Part shown: piece after piece, positions 1 to 14,893 of the stretch
Position numbering within the stretch: position 1 is the stretch's first letter
Layout: each line of letters begins with the position of its first letter
Source: Succinivibrionaceae bacterium UBA3769
Lineage (GTDB): Bacteria > Pseudomonadota > Gammaproteobacteria > Enterobacterales > Succinivibrionaceae
Assembly (NCBI GenBank): GCA_002372325.1
Contig: DFFT01000009.1
Coordinates: forward strand, 2,334-66,333
DNA: 64,000 bases
Direction of reading: 5' to 3'
The notes under the pieces: model-generated
The model's database searches: none
What the model saw: only the letters and a program-made list of their open reading frames with translations
What the model was told of the DNA's origin: nothing
Program-made: the position numbers and the translations under genes

Positions 1-2115
<2,115 letters not shown>

Positions 2116-2271
2116 ACAAAAAACCTTTATCAATATATCGTCGCCCCCGCCCGAAACAGACCTGTCCCCGGCGAAAGGCACGGCTTCGGAAACCCTTGGG
2201 CTCCCGAAAAAATCCCTGAAATTATAGCATTATGAGGGGGCAAATTATAGTAAGGAGCACATAAAAGCCCG

Positions 2272-2796
2272 TTACCCATCCTCCCCGGAATCCCATTCGG
2301 ACATGCTGAGAGCCCGGAGACACTGTTCTCCGGAAAACCCCCGGCGGGCCAGAAAGGCCAGGGCTCTTCTTTTCTGCTTAAAATCCATCTCCGCAATGCT
2401 GCCGTATTTCCGCGCGGCGAGATCCCGGGCCCGGGCGATAAAATCCTCCGCGCTGAGATTCTGAACGGCCTCCTGCTCCTCCGGGTTAACCCCCCGTTTC
2501 CGAAGCTCCATCCGGATCCGCCCGGGGCCGTAGCCCTTCCCGGCATAGTGCCGCACGGCCGTTTCCGCAAAGCGGCTGTCGGAGAGATACCCCTGGGCAA
2601 TAAGCCTTGAAATCACCTCATCCAAAGCCGCGCGATTGGCAAATTTCCTGACAAGCTTGTCCCGGAGCTCCTTTTCCGAATGCTCCCGGAGAGCCAGCAT
2701 GTTAACGGCCGCGGCATACATGGCTCGCGCTAAAGCGGCGTCACTTCCGTTATCAGGCCCGTTATCAATATCCTTGTCATAAGCGGCATCTGTCAT
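2272..2796 (-). CDS. recX: Regulatory protein RecX
   Basis: REHSEKELRDKL, YLSDSRFAE, GYGPGRIRMELRKRG and FLARRGF motifs; directly downstream of recA. Confidence 0.93.
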   Translation of the reverse strand: MTDAAYDKDIDNGPDNGSDAALARAMYAAAVNMLALREHSEKELRDKLVRKFANRAALDEVISRLIAQGYLSDSRFAETAVRHYAGKGYGPGRIRMELRKRGVNPEEQEAVQNLSAEDFIARARDLAARKYGSIAEMDFKQKRRALAFLARRGFSGEQCLRALSMSEWDSGEDG

Positions 2797-2858
2797 AACT
2801 CCTCCCTCACTGACCGGAAAAACCCGCTTTTTCGCTTTTTATCACAATCCGGATACGG

Positions 2859-2886
2859 AAAAGGCACCAGAACGAATTCTGATGCC
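2859..2886 (-). terminator. Intrinsic terminator after recA
   Basis: Minus strand GGCATCAGAA-TTCG-TTCTGGTGCC followed by TTTT. Confidence 0.75.
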
Positions 2887-2926
2887 CTGCGTTTTCCGGT
2901 ATTATCCCGTAAAATCCCGGCCTATG

Positions 2927-4063
2927 CTACAGATCCTCGGGAATTTCCACCTTTTCAAACTCCGGAGCCACCTCGATGTCATCGGGCCCGGATCCGTCCT
3001 CGGAGAATACCTCGCCCCCCACATCGGCGGTGGCATTGTAATCATCCTTGTTGCTGTAGAACTCCCGGATCTTGGCCTCGATTTCATCGCTGACCTCAGG
3101 ATGCTCCGCCAGGTAGTCAATCACATTGCTCTTGCCCTGGCCGATCTTTTCGCCGTTATAGGAGAACCAGGCGCCGGACTTGACAATGGCCTTGATCTTA
3201 ACGCCCAGATCCACAATTTCGCTGCCCTTGCTGATGCCCTTGTTGTAAAGGATCTGGAATTCGGCTGCCTTGAAGGGAGGCGCTACCTTGTTCTTAACCA
3301 CCTTAACCTTGGTTTCATTCCCCAGAACATCGCCATCCTTGGTCTTGATAGGCGTCCCCTTTCTGATGTCCAGACGCACGGAGGCATAGTACTTAAGAGC
3401 ATTGCCGCCGGTGGTGGTTTCCGGATTGCCGAACATCACCCCGATCTTCATGCGGAGCTGGTTGATGAAGATGCACATGCAGTTAGCCTGCTGCAGATTG
3501 CCGGTGAGCTTGCGGAGCGCCTGGGACATGAGCCGGGCCTGGAGACCGACATGGGATTCACCCATATCACCCTCGATTTCGGCCTTGGGCACCAGCGCGG
3601 CTACCGAATCCACCACAATCACGTCCACGCCGCCGGATCTTACCAGCATGTCGCAGATTTCCAGAGCCTGCTCGCCGGTATCGGGCTGCGATACCAGAAG
3701 AGAATTCACATCCACTCCCAGACGGGCGGCATATACCGGATCCAGAGCGTGCTCGGCATCAATGAAGGCGCAGGTCTTGCCCTTCTTCTGAGCCTGGGCA
3801 ATCACCTCAAGAGTGAGAGTGGTCTTGCCGGAGGATTCCGGTCCGTAAATCTCCACGATTCTTCCCAGCGGAAGACCGCCGATGCCCAAAGCGATGTCAA
3901 GAGAAAGAGAGCCGGTGGAAATCGCTTCGATGTCGCTCATGTGCTTGTTCTCGCCCAGAAGCATGATCGCGCCCTTGCCAAACTGCTTTTCAATCTGATC
4001 CATCGCAGCCTGAAGTGCCTTTGCCTTACTGTTCTTCTCTTCGTCCTTTTCTTTAGCTGCCAT
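2927..4063 (-). CDS. recA: Recombinase RecA with long acidic C-terminal tail
   Basis: GPESSGKTT Walker [33 protein letters not shown]. Confidence 0.99.
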   Translation of the reverse strand: MAAKEKDEEKNSKAKALQAAMDQIEKQFGKGAIMLLGENKHMSDIEAISTGSLSLDIALGIGGLPLGRIVEIYGPESSGKTTLTLEVIAQAQKKGKTCAFIDAEHALDPVYAARLGVDVNSLLVSQPDTGEQALEICDMLVRSGGVDVIVVDSVAALVPKAEIEGDMGESHVGLQARLMSQALRKLTGNLQQANCMCIFINQLRMKIGVMFGNPETTTGGNALKYYASVRLDIRKGTPIKTKDGDVLGNETKVKVVKNKVAPPFKAAEFQILYNKGISKGSEIVDLGVKIKAIVKSGAWFSYNGEKIGQGKSNVIDYLAEHPEVSDEIEAKIREFYSNKDDYNATADVGGEVFSEDGSGPDDIEVAPEFEKVEIPEDL

Positions 4064-4300
4064 ACTTATTTCCTTACTTTATCTAGCTAAAAAACTTAAA
4101 ATTCACGGCCTTCAGTAAACCATCCGGTAAACCTGAACCTCTGAAATGCTCCGGCATTATAACACCCGGAGGCGCCGGTCTGACGCCGGAGAGCATTTGC
4201 CTGAGCTGTTCCATGCCTGATATCACAAAGATAACCCGCAAAATGCGGTTCTCTCCGAAAATCAAAGCATTAAACTTTGCGGAGATTATACATAATTTTG

Positions 4301-4840
4301 CTAAGCTTGCAAATTATTTTTATCTTTGTTTCTACAAAATTCCAAAATAACAGAAAGCGCTTTTATCACTGTCTGTTTTCTGACCGCTTCCCGATCCCCG
4401 GAAAACGCCGCCCGGAAGGTTTCAAAAACCTCTCCCCGAAAAGCCCAGGAAAGATAAACAGTGCCCACCGGCTTCTCCGGCGTGCCGCCGCCGGGACCGG
4501 CAATGCCGCTTACCGCCACCGCAATATCGCCCCGGGAATGCCGGAGCGCTCCCAGACTCATTTCCCGGACGGTTTCCTCGCTCACAGCTCCGCGCTCCCG
4601 CAAAGTATCCTCCCCCACTCCCAGCATTTCCGTTTTAGCCGCATTGCTGTAGGTGACAAAGGCCCGGTCAAACCACTCCGAGGATCCCGGAACTGCAGTA
4701 AAGGCCGCGCTGATAAGCCCGCCGGTGCAGGACTCCGCGGTGACCGCCAGAAGCCCCAGTCTTTTCAGTTCCGCTCCGGTAGCGGCGGCCAGCCGGAAAA
4801 CCCCGTCTTCGCCGATCCCGTCATTTTCAGAAAAAGTCAT
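4301..4840 (-). CDS. pncC: Nicotinamide mononucleotide deamidase (CinA C-terminal family)
   Basis: TAESCTGG, GAVSEE, SGIAGPGGG and KPVGTV motifs; upstream of recA. Confidence 0.93.
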   Translation of the reverse strand: MTFSENDGIGEDGVFRLAAATGAELKRLGLLAVTAESCTGGLISAAFTAVPGSSEWFDRAFVTYSNAAKTEMLGVGEDTLRERGAVSEETVREMSLGALRHSRGDIAVAVSGIAGPGGGTPEKPVGTVYLSWAFRGEVFETFRAAFSGDREAVRKQTVIKALSVILEFCRNKDKNNLQA

Positions 4841-4938
4841 TACTCCCCCTCCTATGCTCCCGCTTATGCTTTAACGGGCCAATATGATAAACTAAACCCC
4901 GTCTTATTAAACAGAAATCAGAATATCAGTATCAGAAA

Positions 4939-7518
4939 ATGGCAGAATCAGTCAATAACGGCATCACCCCGCTGATGCAGCAGTATCTTTCCTTCAAAAA
5001 ACAATACCCGGACACCCTGCTCTTCTACAGACTGGGGGACTTTTACGAAATGTTCTTTGATGATGCCAGAAGAGCCTCCGAGCTTCTGGACATCACCCTC
5101 ACCAAAAGAGGCTTCATGAACGGTCAGCCCATACCCATGGCCGGGGTGCCCTATCATGCCGTGGATTCCTACCTCGCCCGCCTGGTGGAAAAGGGAGAAA
5201 GCGCCGTTATCTGCGAGCAGATCGGCGATCCGGCCACCGCCAAGGGCCCGGTGGAAAGAAAGGTCACCAGAATTATCACCCCCGGCACCGTCACCGATGA
5301 AGCCCTCCTCAAGGAAAAGCAGGATAACGTCATCGCCTGTCTGGCCAGCGATCAGTTCGCCTTCGGACTAAGCTACCTCAATCTCTCCACCGGAGACTTC
5401 TGCTGCCTGGAAAGCGATGACATAAACGGCATTCTGGCCGTGCTGGAACGGCTGAAGCCGGCGGAGCTCCTGTATGCGGAGGACGTGCGCTCCCTGGATG
5501 CCATTTCCGAATTCAAGGGCCTCAGAAGACGTCCGGTGTGGGAATTTGACTTTGAAACCTGCCGCCGCATCCTGACCTCTCACTTTCATACCCGGGAGCT
5601 ATCGGGTTTCGGGCTGGACGGCGTCACCATCGGTCTCTGCCCCGCCGGAGCTCTCTTAAGCTACGTCCGGGAAACCCAGAAAACCGCCCTCCTCAATATC
5701 CGCTCTCTCCGTCTGGAAAGCAAAAGCACCCATCTGGTGCTGGATGCCTGCACCCAGAGAAATCTGGAGATTACCGAGAATCTTCAGGGCGGGCAGGAGC
5801 ATACCCTCCTGGCCGTGCTGGATCGCACCTCTACTCCCATGGGATCCCGGCTTCTGCAGCGCTCCCTGCTGAACCCGGTACGCTCCCGGGAAGAAGCAGA
5901 AAAAAAGCTGGATCTTATTTCCGAAATCCAGCAATTCTCTCAGGCCGATACGCTCCGGGACTATCTCCGGGAAATCGGCGATCTGGAAAGAGTGACCGCA
6001 AGACTGGCTCTCAGCAACGTCCGGCCCCGGGATCTCGCCAAGATCCGCACTGCTCTTCAGGTAACGCCCCATATCCGGGAGCTTCTGAACTCCGCCGGGG
6101 GCAAGCTGGGGAAATTTCAGGAAAAGCTCCCCCTCCTGCCGGATGTCCGGGATCTTCTGGAAAGAGCCGTCTGCGATATCCCGCCGGCGGTAATCAGAGA
6201 CGGCGGCGTCATCGCCTCCGGCTACTCTCCGGAATTGGACAAGCTCCGCAGCATGTCCTCCGGAGCTGATGATTATCTTAAGGAGGTGGAGAACCGGGAA
6301 AGAAGCCGCACCGGGATCAGCACCCTCAAGGTAGGCTACAACAAGGTTTCCGGTTACTATATTGAAATTTCCCGGGCTCAGGCCGGCCAGAACGCCCTGC
6401 CCTCAGATTACATCAGAAGGCAGACCCTGAAAAACAATGAACGCTACATCACTCAGGAGCTCAAGGAATTCGAGGAAACCGCGCTGACCGCCCAGAGCCG
6501 GGCTCTGGCTCTGGAAAAACAGCTTTATGATGAACTTATCGCCCTGCTTCTGCCCCATCTCATGGATCTTCAGGATCTCTCCTGCCATCTCTCCTATATC
6601 GACATGCTGGCGGGACTGGCGGAGGCGGCGCTGGAAAACGGCTATACCCGCCCGGAATTCACCTCCGCCCGGGAAATCTCCATTGTAAAGGGACGCCATC
6701 CGGTAATCGAACAGGTGAGCTCCTCCCGGTTCATTCCCAACGATATCTCCATTGCCGGAGATCATCAGCTTCTGCTCATTACCGGCCCTAACATGGGAGG
6801 CAAGTCCACTTATATGAGGCAATGCGCCATCATCGCGCTGATGGCCTGGTGCGGATCCTTCGTCCCGGCGGAAAAGGCGGTGATCCCCGACATCGACAGA
6901 ATATTCACCAGAATCGGAGCCAGCGATGATCTGGCCTCCGGCCGTTCCACCTTCATGGTGGAAATGACGGAAACCGCGAATATTCTCCATAATGCCACCA
7001 GAGACAGTCTGGTGCTCATGGATGAAATCGGCCGCGGCACCAGCACCTATGACGGCATGGCCCTGGCCTGGGCGGCGGCAGAGCAGCTGGCAGACGGCAA
7101 CCGCTCCTATACCATGTTTTCCACCCATTATTTTGAGCTTACCGAGCTTCCTGCGGAAATCAAAAATGTCCGGAACATGCACTTTTCCGCCGTGAAATCC
7201 GGCGAAACCGTGGTGTTCCTCCACAATGCGGAGCCCGGCCCGGCCACGAGCTCCTACGGCATTGAAGTCGCGCAGCTGGCCGGCATCCCCAAAAAGGTTA
7301 TCCAGACCGCCCGGAAGCGCATGAAAATGCTGGCTGGGAAGATCAAAGGCACGGCAGCGGCAGAACCGGAAAACGTTGCCGCGCCCGAAACTCCGACAAT
7401 TTCCGAGGAGTACCAGAAGATCATTGCCACCCTTAAAAAGGTAAAGCCGGACACCCTGACCGCCCGGGAAGCTCTGAACCTCATTTATGATCTTACGGAG
7501 GAAGTCTCTTACCTCTGA
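4939..7518 (+). CDS. mutS: DNA mismatch repair protein MutS
   Basis: [41 protein letters not shown]. Confidence 0.99.
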   Translation: MAESVNNGITPLMQQYLSFKKQYPDTLLFYRLGDFYEMFFDDARRASELLDITLTKRGFMNGQPIPMAGVPYHAVDSYLARLVEKGESAVICEQIGDPATAKGPVERKVTRIITPGTVTDEALLKEKQDNVIACLASDQFAFGLSYLNLSTGDFCCLESDDINGILAVLERLKPAELLYAEDVRSLDAISEFKGLRRRPVWEFDFETCRRILTSHFHTRELSGFGLDGVTIGLCPAGALLSYVRETQKTALLNIRSLRLESKSTHLVLDACTQRNLEITENLQGGQEHTLLAVLDRTSTPMGSRLLQRSLLNPVRSREEAEKKLDLISEIQQFSQADTLRDYLREIGDLERVTARLALSNVRPRDLAKIRTALQVTPHIRELLNSAGGKLGKFQEKLPLLPDVRDLLERAVCDIPPAVIRDGGVIASGYSPELDKLRSMSSGADDYLKEVENRERSRTGISTLKVGYNKVSGYYIEISRAQAGQNALPSDYIRRQTLKNNERYITQELKEFEETALTAQSRALALEKQLYDELIALLLPHLMDLQDLSCHLSYIDMLAGLAEAALENGYTRPEFTSAREISIVKGRHPVIEQVSSSRFIPNDISIAGDHQLLLITGPNMGGKSTYMRQCAIIALMAWCGSFVPAEKAVIPDIDRIFTRIGASDDLASGRSTFMVEMTETANILHNATRDSLVLMDEIGRGTSTYDGMALAWAAAEQLADGNRSYTMFSTHYFELTELPAEIKNVRNMHFSAVKSGETVVFLHNAEPGPATSSYGIEVAQLAGIPKKVIQTARKRMKMLAGKIKGTAAAEPENVAAPETPTISEEYQKIIATLKKVKPDTLTAREALNLIYDLTEEVSYL

Positions 7519-7551
7519 AGGCTCCCGGAGCTGACAGGAAATTAAGAAAGG

Positions 7552-7606
7552 AAAAAATCAGCGCCGTCAGAAACCGGTAAGCGGATTCCTGACGGCGCGC
7601 TGTTTT
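7552..7606. terminator. Probable bidirectional terminator between convergent mutS and nlpD
   Basis: GCGCCGTCAG...CTGACGGCGC stem with an A-run on the left and a T-run on the right. Confidence 0.65.
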
Positions 7607-7629
7607 CAGAACTGGGACGCTGCAGTCTG

Positions 7630-8724
7630 CTACTTCCGGCTCTGAGGCAGATACTTCATGGGATTTACCGTCTGTCCCCGGTAGCGGATCTCAAAATGCA
7701 ATCTCACGGACTTGGCCTCGGAATCCCCCATTTTGGCGATTACCTGCCCCCGGGACACCTGCTGCCCTTCCCGCACCAGAATAGAGTCGTTATGGGCATA
7801 GGCGGACAGAAAATCATCGTTATGGCTCAGGATTATCAGGTTCCCGTAGCCTCTGAGGGCATTTCCGGCATACACCACCTTGCCTCCGGAGGCGGCTTTG
7901 ATATCAGATCCCCGGGCTCCGGAAATGTCGATGCCCTTATTGCCATGCTCCGAATTGGAAAAGCCTTCGATAATGCGGCCCTGAACCGGCCACTTCCAGC
8001 TGACGCTGCCCCGGGCCTGGGCCGGAATCCGGACATCATCCACAGCCCGGGTGTTTTCCTTCTTATTACGGCTGCCGGAAACTGTCATATCCGGAGCATT
8101 GTCTCCCCGGGAAGCAGAAGCTGCAGAAGTATTTACGGGAGTTACCGGCTTCTGAGCGGGAGTGTTAACCCGGCCGGAATCCGTTTTTTGAGCAGTGCTT
8201 ATGACCGTGGGCGCGGTGCTCCGGGAAGATGCGCTGCCGCTTCCGGAAGCGGCAACCGGCACCGGATTTTTGCTTTTGCGGCTCACCGCCAGAAGCTGTC
8301 CCACCATAATCGTGTAATTGGAATCAATGTCGTTAATGCTGACCAGATCCTTCATGGGAATGCCGAATTTCCGGGAAAGTGCGTAAACCGTATCGTTTTT
8401 CTGCACCCTGTGGGTTCTCACTCCCACCCGGGCGGGATCCAGAATCAGCCTTTGCCCCTTGTTGATATTGTAGGGCTTCTTAATATCGTTGATATACGCC
8501 AGGAGCTTCAGGTCGATGTTATTGGCAAAGGCCACGGAATGCAGGGTATCCCCGGCGCGCACGGTATAGACGCCGTTCACCCCCCGGGCGGAACCGGCAG
8601 TGTCTCCGGTAAGATCCCCGGCTGAATAACCGGTGCCGGTATACGTGGTACAGGCCCCCAGGGACAATGCCATAAGTCCAGCCAGGAGTCCCGTCTTAAC
8701 CAAAAATACAGATTTGCGCAGCAT
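7630..8724 (-). CDS. nlpD: LysM/M23 lipoprotein, murein hydrolase activator NlpD
   Basis: Lipobox LGAC, two LysM-like repeats, degenerate M23 domain (NKGIDI, YGNLII, SAYAHN, LHFEIR); surE-yqaA-nlpD synteny. Confidence 0.9.
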   Translation of the reverse strand: MLRKSVFLVKTGLLAGLMALSLGACTTYTGTGYSAGDLTGDTAGSARGVNGVYTVRAGDTLHSVAFANNIDLKLLAYINDIKKPYNINKGQRLILDPARVGVRTHRVQKNDTVYALSRKFGIPMKDLVSINDIDSNYTIMVGQLLAVSRKSKNPVPVAASGSGSASSRSTAPTVISTAQKTDSGRVNTPAQKPVTPVNTSAASASRGDNAPDMTVSGSRNKKENTRAVDDVRIPAQARGSVSWKWPVQGRIIEGFSNSEHGNKGIDISGARGSDIKAASGGKVVYAGNALRGYGNLIILSHNDDFLSAYAHNDSILVREGQQVSRGQVIAKMGDSEAKSVRLHFEIRYRGQTVNPMKYLPQSRK

Positions 8725-8742
8725 TATTCAGTCCTTTGCAAT

Positions 8743-9366
8743 TCAGTCCTGCAGCATGTAATAGCCGAAAACCGCCGTCAGAATAACCAGAGTCACCCAG
8801 CCTATAATGTCAATGTAACGCCGGAGCTTCTGCTCCATTCTGGCGCCGCCGATTTTGATAACCGCGGCAATCAGAAAAAATCTCAGTCCCCGGCCCGCAA
8901 AGGATACCAGAATAAACGGTATCAGATGGAGCTGCCCGGCCCCCAGTCCCATGCTGACCTGCTGGGAGGCAATAAGACCGGCTGAGATGGCCACAATTTT
9001 GTAGGGGAGCGGCGTAAAGGAACCGATAACAATAAACGCCACGCCATAGCTTTGCAGATATCCGGAGGCCCGGCTGAAGGTCTCCTGATAATTAAAGCGC
9101 GCCACGAGATCCTGAATCCAGGGATCGTAAAGATAATATCCGATGCCGTACCCCAAAACCGCCCCCATAACGGAGGCCGCGGTGGCCAGAAAGGCATAGT
9201 GAAGAGCCCGCTCCGGCCGGGCCAGACACATGGGAGCCAGCATAATGTCCACGGGGATCGGCCAGAAAATGGATTCAATAAAGCTGTTTCCCGTCAGAAA
9301 AACCGGTGCCAGACGGTGCTTTGACAGGTTTATGCAATAATCATAGATACCGGTAAATAACTTCAT
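8743..9366 (-). CDS. yqaA: YqaA/DedA (VTT) family membrane protein
   Basis: SFIESIFWPIPVD, FTPLPYK and GRGLRFF motifs; start moved to MKLFTG. Confidence 0.85.
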   Translation of the reverse strand: MKLFTGIYDYCINLSKHRLAPVFLTGNSFIESIFWPIPVDIMLAPMCLARPERALHYAFLATAASVMGAVLGYGIGYYLYDPWIQDLVARFNYQETFSRASGYLQSYGVAFIVIGSFTPLPYKIVAISAGLIASQQVSMGLGAGQLHLIPFILVSFAGRGLRFFLIAAVIKIGGARMEQKLRRYIDIIGWVTLVILTAVFGYYMLQD

Positions 9367-9376
9367 AGGCCTCGTG

Positions 9377-10123
9377 TCATACCATATCAGCCCAGCCCGT
9401 GAGATCGTCAAGACTGTTGTACGCCGTTAAATCAATATGGAGGGGCGTTACCGAGACATAGCCATGCTCCACCGCCCAGAAATCTGTGTCCCGCTCCCTG
9501 TCCACCGGTTTTCCCTGCGGCCCCACCCAGTAAATGGGAACGCCGCGGAGATCCCGGGCTTCGATAATGCTCTCGGCATTCTGGCGGCGGCCCAGCCGGG
9601 TTACCATCATCCCCTTTATTTCAGACAGCGGCAAATCCGGAACGTTCACATTCAGGATCTGCTGTCCGGGAAGCGGAGTTTCCTCTATTTTACGGAGAAT
9701 CCTCATCACAAAGGCAGCTGCCGTATCGTAATGGCGGGAGCCGCAGAGAGAAACCGCCAGAGCCGGATACCGGCAGCCCCGGCCCTCCATGGCTGCGGCC
9801 ACGGTACCTGAATAGATGACGTCATCCCCCAGATTGGCCCCCTCGTTGATGCCGGAAACCACCACGTCCGGCCGGGGCTTCAGGAGAGAATTCAGGGCCA
9901 GGTAGACGCTGTCTGTGGGAGTGCCTCTTACCGCCGTGAAATTCTTTTTTAAAATTTCCTGCGTCCGGAGGGGATAGTCCAGAGTAAGGGAATGACTGGC
10001 AGCGCTCTGGTTCCGATCCGGAGCCACCACAAAGGTATCGGGGTATTCCGCGGAAACCGCGTCATAAAGCCGGGAAATTCCCTCTGCATAAACTCCGTCA
10101 TCATTGCTTATGAGAATTCTCAT
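9377..10123 (-). CDS. surE: 5'/3'-nucleotidase SurE
   Basis: [35 protein letters not shown]. Confidence 0.97.
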   Translation of the reverse strand: MRILISNDDGVYAEGISRLYDAVSAEYPDTFVVAPDRNQSAASHSLTLDYPLRTQEILKKNFTAVRGTPTDSVYLALNSLLKPRPDVVVSGINEGANLGDDVIYSGTVAAAMEGRGCRYPALAVSLCGSRHYDTAAAFVMRILRKIEETPLPGQQILNVNVPDLPLSEIKGMMVTRLGRRQNAESIIEARDLRGVPIYWVGPQGKPVDRERDTDFWAVEHGYVSVTPLHIDLTAYNSLDDLTGWADMV

Positions 10124-10142
10124 AACGTCCTGACTAAATCCT

Positions 10143-10622
10143 TTAATCCCTGTAAATGAGCGTCACGGCGGTAACGGCAATGCCTTCCTTTCTTCCGGTA
10201 AAGCCCAGCTTCTCGGTGGTGGTGGCCTTGACGTTCACAGCATCCATATCAAGGCCCAAATCCTGAGCGATATTGACCCGCATTTCATGCTCATAAGGGG
10301 CGATTTTCGGGGCCTGGGCCATAATAGTGATATCCGCGTTGCTGATTTTCCAGCCCAGATCCTGCACTCTTTTCCAGGCATCCCGGAGGAGAATTCTGCT
10401 GTCAATGTTCAAAAATCGGTCATCATTGTCCGGATAAAGCCGGCCGATGTCGCCAAGAGCAGCGGCTCCCAGAAGAGCATCCGTAAGGGCATGAAGAACC
10501 ACGTCGCCGTCTGAATGAGCGATAAGGCCCGTTTCATAAGGAATCTTTACTCCGCCCAGGGTAACCGGCCCCGCGCCGCCGAACTTATGCACATCAAAAC
10601 CATGTCCGACTCTGAATATCAT
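10143..10622 (-). CDS. ispF: 2-C-methyl-D-erythritol 2,4-cyclodiphosphate synthase
   Basis: [26 protein letters not shown]. Confidence 0.98.
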   Translation of the reverse strand: MIFRVGHGFDVHKFGGAGPVTLGGVKIPYETGLIAHSDGDVVLHALTDALLGAAALGDIGRLYPDNDDRFLNIDSRILLRDAWKRVQDLGWKISNADITIMAQAPKIAPYEHEMRVNIAQDLGLDMDAVNVKATTTEKLGFTGRKEGIAVTAVTLIYRD

Positions 10623-10634
10623 GCTGCTTCCCTC

Positions 10635-11312
10635 TTAATCCATTTCCCGGTAAAAAAGCGTCCCCAGGGCCAGATCCTGAGGCTCGGTAATCTTAATGTT
10701 AAGGCTGGAGCCCGGCACCAGCAAGGGGTGATAGCCCAGAAACTCCATGGCCGAAGCCTCATCCGTCAGCGTCATGCCCGAGGCGGCGGCCTTTTCATAA
10801 GCAGTTATCAGAAGATCTCTTTTAAAAAGCTGCGGGGTAAGAGCCCGCCAGAGTCCGGCCCGGGGCACGGTGCCCGTGATGCGGCTTTCACTGTCGCCGC
10901 GCTTTACCGTGTCGGGAATTCTTACCGCCAGAATGCCGCCGTTGTCATTCATGGCCAGATCCCGGAGTCTTTCCAGATCTGCCATCATAATGCACGGCCG
11001 CGCCGCATCGTGAACCATGACATATTCCGAGGCGGCTGCCCGAAGCCCGGAAAGCACGCTGTCCCCCCTCTCTTTTCCGCCGGGCACCGTTACAATGCGG
11101 GGATCGCCGTAAAGCCCGGTATCCTGAAAATACTGATCCTCAGGACTCAGAACCAGAATGACCCGGCCCAGCGCTGAAAACCGGAAAATGCGCTTCAGGG
11201 TTTCCTCCAGGATGGTGCTGGAGGCAAAGGGAAGATACTGCTTGGGACACCGGGACTGCATGCGCTTCCCAACACCGGCAGCGGGGATAACCACGTCAAT
11301 CATGTCAGACAT
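10635..11312 (-). CDS. ispD: 2-C-methyl-D-erythritol 4-phosphate cytidylyltransferase
   Basis: PAAGVGKRM..PKQY, VHDAARP, TPQLF, NIKIT. Confidence 0.97.
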   Translation of the reverse strand: MSDMIDVVIPAAGVGKRMQSRCPKQYLPFASSTILEETLKRIFRFSALGRVILVLSPEDQYFQDTGLYGDPRIVTVPGGKERGDSVLSGLRAAASEYVMVHDAARPCIMMADLERLRDLAMNDNGGILAVRIPDTVKRGDSESRITGTVPRAGLWRALTPQLFKRDLLITAYEKAAASGMTLTDEASAMEFLGYHPLLVPGSSLNIKITEPQDLALGTLFYREMD

Positions 11313-11615
11313 TTATTTTCCGGAGGCCTCCTGCCGGCTGGGAAAAATTACCCGGTAAAACACCTCACCTGACTTTATCATGCCCAGATTGGAGCGGGCC
11401 AGATTCTCAACCGTGGGGGAGCCGTCAGTTTTTTTAAGAGATTCAATGTCGACCTTCATCATGAGATTGCGCTCCTCCAGATTCCGGGTATATTCCTTAG
11501 CCTGACGAAGCTCGGCGGTTACCTCCTGGTAGCGTCTGAGACCATTTGGGCCGTGCACCAGCGTGTGTCCGAGATAGATAATAACCAGAATTAAAATGAC
11601 ATTAATGTAGCGCAT
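11313..11615 (-). CDS. ftsB: Cell division protein FtsB (DivIC family)
   Basis: N-terminal transmembrane segment, coiled coil, ENLARSNLGMIKSGE motif; eno-ftsB-ispD synteny. Confidence 0.88.
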   Translation of the reverse strand: MRYINVILILVIIYLGHTLVHGPNGLRRYQEVTAELRQAKEYTRNLEERNLMMKVDIESLKKTDGSPTVENLARSNLGMIKSGEVFYRVIFPSRQEASGK

Positions 11616-11724
11616 AGCATCACCCTGAAAGACCGGGGATATTATAATCCATGCCGCCCGGTTTGAACATTACGGGGGAGGAGATCCCGCAGATTCGCAC
11701 TCTGGTCATGAACCGGCAGGGCAC

Positions 11725-11750
11725 AAAAAAAGACGCCCGGAGGCGTCTTT
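11725..11750 (-). terminator. Intrinsic terminator after eno
   Basis: AAAGACGCC-loop-GGCGTCTTT hairpin with a T-run on the minus strand. Confidence 0.8.
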
Positions 11751-11791
11751 CTTATCTTTTAGCTTTTCTGAAAACTCAGCGTATCAGAGGA

Positions 11792-13228
<1,437 letters not shown>

Positions 13229-13304
13229 TTATAATGTCTCCATCCCTAAAAAACAACAAATTCGGGAATCAGACCGAAGTCCCCGGGTTCCGGCCCGCCC
13301 CGAT

Positions 13305-13328
13305 AAAAAACCGGGCTCAGGCACCCGG
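13305..13328 (-). terminator. Intrinsic terminator ending the sulfur/encapsulin operon
   Basis: Minus strand CCGGGT-GCCTGA-GCCCGG-TTTTTT. Confidence 0.75.
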
Positions 13329-13373
13329 CAAAATCGTCTTCTTCAGCGCGGCCGGGTCAGCCCAGGCGTCCCT

Positions 13374-13625
13374 TTAATCTCCGACCTTCTGAATAAAAAG
13401 CTCGAAGGTGCCATCGCCGTTTTCCCGGAAAGCCAGAATTTTATGGCCCTCCTCCTTCACGCTTCTGGGAACATTCTCGGCGGGTTCGCCGCTGTTAAGC
13501 CGCACCTCCAGAATCTGTCCGTCATCAAGCTCATCCAGAGCCACCTTGGTTTTTACAAAGGTAATGGGGCAGTTTACATCGGTGATGTCAATTTTGTCAT
13601 CCGCGGTAATGTTTGCATCAGTCAT
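13374..13625 (-). CDS. TusA/SirA-family sulfurtransferase
   Basis: IDITDVNCPITFVKTK (CPxP-like persulfide Cys) and GEPAENVPRS; start overlaps the upstream stop. Confidence 0.88.
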   Translation of the reverse strand: MTDANITADDKIDITDVNCPITFVKTKVALDELDDGQILEVRLNSGEPAENVPRSVKEEGHKILAFRENGDGTFELFIQKVGD

Positions 13626-14067
13626 GGTTTTTACTCTCCTCAAGAATAACAAGATCTTCCTTTCTTACGGTTCTGCTTCCCTGGGCCCCTTCAATATGGA
13701 ATCCGTTCAGCACCGGATGATCCTGCTCCGCCAGGGAAAGGATGAGATAGCTGGCCCGGGGATCATTGGCCAGTCTGATATCCTCCTCTGAAGGCCGGGA
13801 GGGACTTGCGGGATGGGAATGCCAGTTCCCCAAAGGGGCAAGTCCGGCTGCTCTCATGTCCTTAATGGCCGCAAGCTGCTCCCGGGGGTCAATGGAAAAA
13901 TGTTCCTCCGCATGATCCGTATTGGTCAGGAGATACACCTTTCTGATCTCCCGGACACCATCCGGACTATCAATGCCGGCCAGAAGCCCGCAGGCCTCCC
14001 GGGGACTTTCCGCGAGAGCATGCCGGTAAATCCTGTCAAAGTCGGCCCTAAGCATGGTTATCTTCAT
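13618..14067 (-). CDS. JAB/MPN+ (M67) metallopeptidase, HcyD/Mec+-like
   Basis: EACG...WHSHPASPSRPSEED JAMM motif (E-x(n)-HxH-x7-SxxD). Confidence 0.92.
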   Translation of the reverse strand: MKITMLRADFDRIYRHALAESPREACGLLAGIDSPDGVREIRKVYLLTNTDHAEEHFSIDPREQLAAIKDMRAAGLAPLGNWHSHPASPSRPSEEDIRLANDPRASYLILSLAEQDHPVLNGFHIEGAQGSRTVRKEDLVILEESKNHD

Positions 14068-14080
14068 ACGCCACCCGAAA

Positions 14081-14893
14081 TCAATGCTGCTTTAATTCGC
14101 AGACAGCCTGCTCATAATCATGAAGCTCGGTAATCACCGGATTCGCGGAGCAGACAGCGCAGCCGGCACCCCGGGACGGCAGCCTGATCTTATGAAACTC
14201 CATGGTGAGCGCGTCATAGGTCAGGAGATAACCGGTAAGAAGCTCCCCTACCCCGGTAATATACTTAATGGCCTCCATGGCCTGAAGGGATCCGATAACC
14301 CCGCCCATGGCCCCGATAACCCCCGCCTGCCGGCAGGTAGGCACCGCATCCTTGGGAGGCGGCTCCTTGAAGATGCAGCGATAGCAAGGGCTCTGTCCCG
14401 GGATCACCGTGGTGAGCTGCCCCTTGAATCTGATAATGCCGGCATGGCTGAAGGGCTTTTTGGCCATGACGCAGGCATCGTTTATCAGGAACTTGGCCGG
14501 AAAATTGTCCGTGCCGTCAATGACGAAGTCATAGTCCTTGATGAGATCCAGAATATTGGAGCTGTTCACAAAGGTGTAATAGGTATTAACCTTAACGTCC
14601 GGATTTATGGCCCTCATAGTCTCAGCCGCAGATTCTGCCTTCTTTTTGCCCACATCGGCCGTGGTATGAATTACCTGCCGCTGCAGATTGGAGAGATCCA
14701 CCGTATCAGCGTCAGCAATGCCGATAGTGCCCACGCCGGCCGCTGCAAGATAGAGAGCGGCAGGAGAGCCTAAACCCCCGGCGCCGATAATCAGCACCTT
14801 CGCTCCCAGAAGCTTCTTCTGGCCCTTGGCGCCGATCTCCCTGAGAATAATGTGCCGGGAATAACGCTCCAGCTGTTCATTTGTAAAGGCCAT
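14081..14893 (-). CDS. ThiF/MoeB E1-like adenylyltransferase (HcyF-like)
   Basis: RYSRHI, GAGGLGS, DTVDLSNLQRQ, DGTDNF, and CYRC/CAVC zinc sites. Confidence 0.93.
   Translation of the reverse strand: MAFTNEQLERYSRHIILREIGAKGQKKLLGAKVLIIGAGGLGSPAALYLAAAGVGTIGIADADTVDLSNLQRQVIHTTADVGKKKAESAAETMRAINPDVKVNTYYTFVNSSNILDLIKDYDFVIDGTDNFPAKFLINDACVMAKKPFSHAGIIRFKGQLTTVIPGQSPCYRCIFKEPPPKDAVPTCRQAGVIGAMGGVIGSLQAMEAIKYITGVGELLTGYLLTYDALTMEFHKIRLPSRGAGCAVCSANPVITELHDYEQAVCELKQH

Noticed and set aside
2750-2782. 12-bp-period TTATCA-like repeats at the 5' end of recX
   Set aside because: Only three poor matches to a DnaA box; explained by a short 4-aa coding repeat (IDNG/PDNG).
4064-4300. LexA/SOS box upstream of recA
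   Set aside because: No CTG-N10-CAG match found by eye; the nearest candidate has the wrong spacing.
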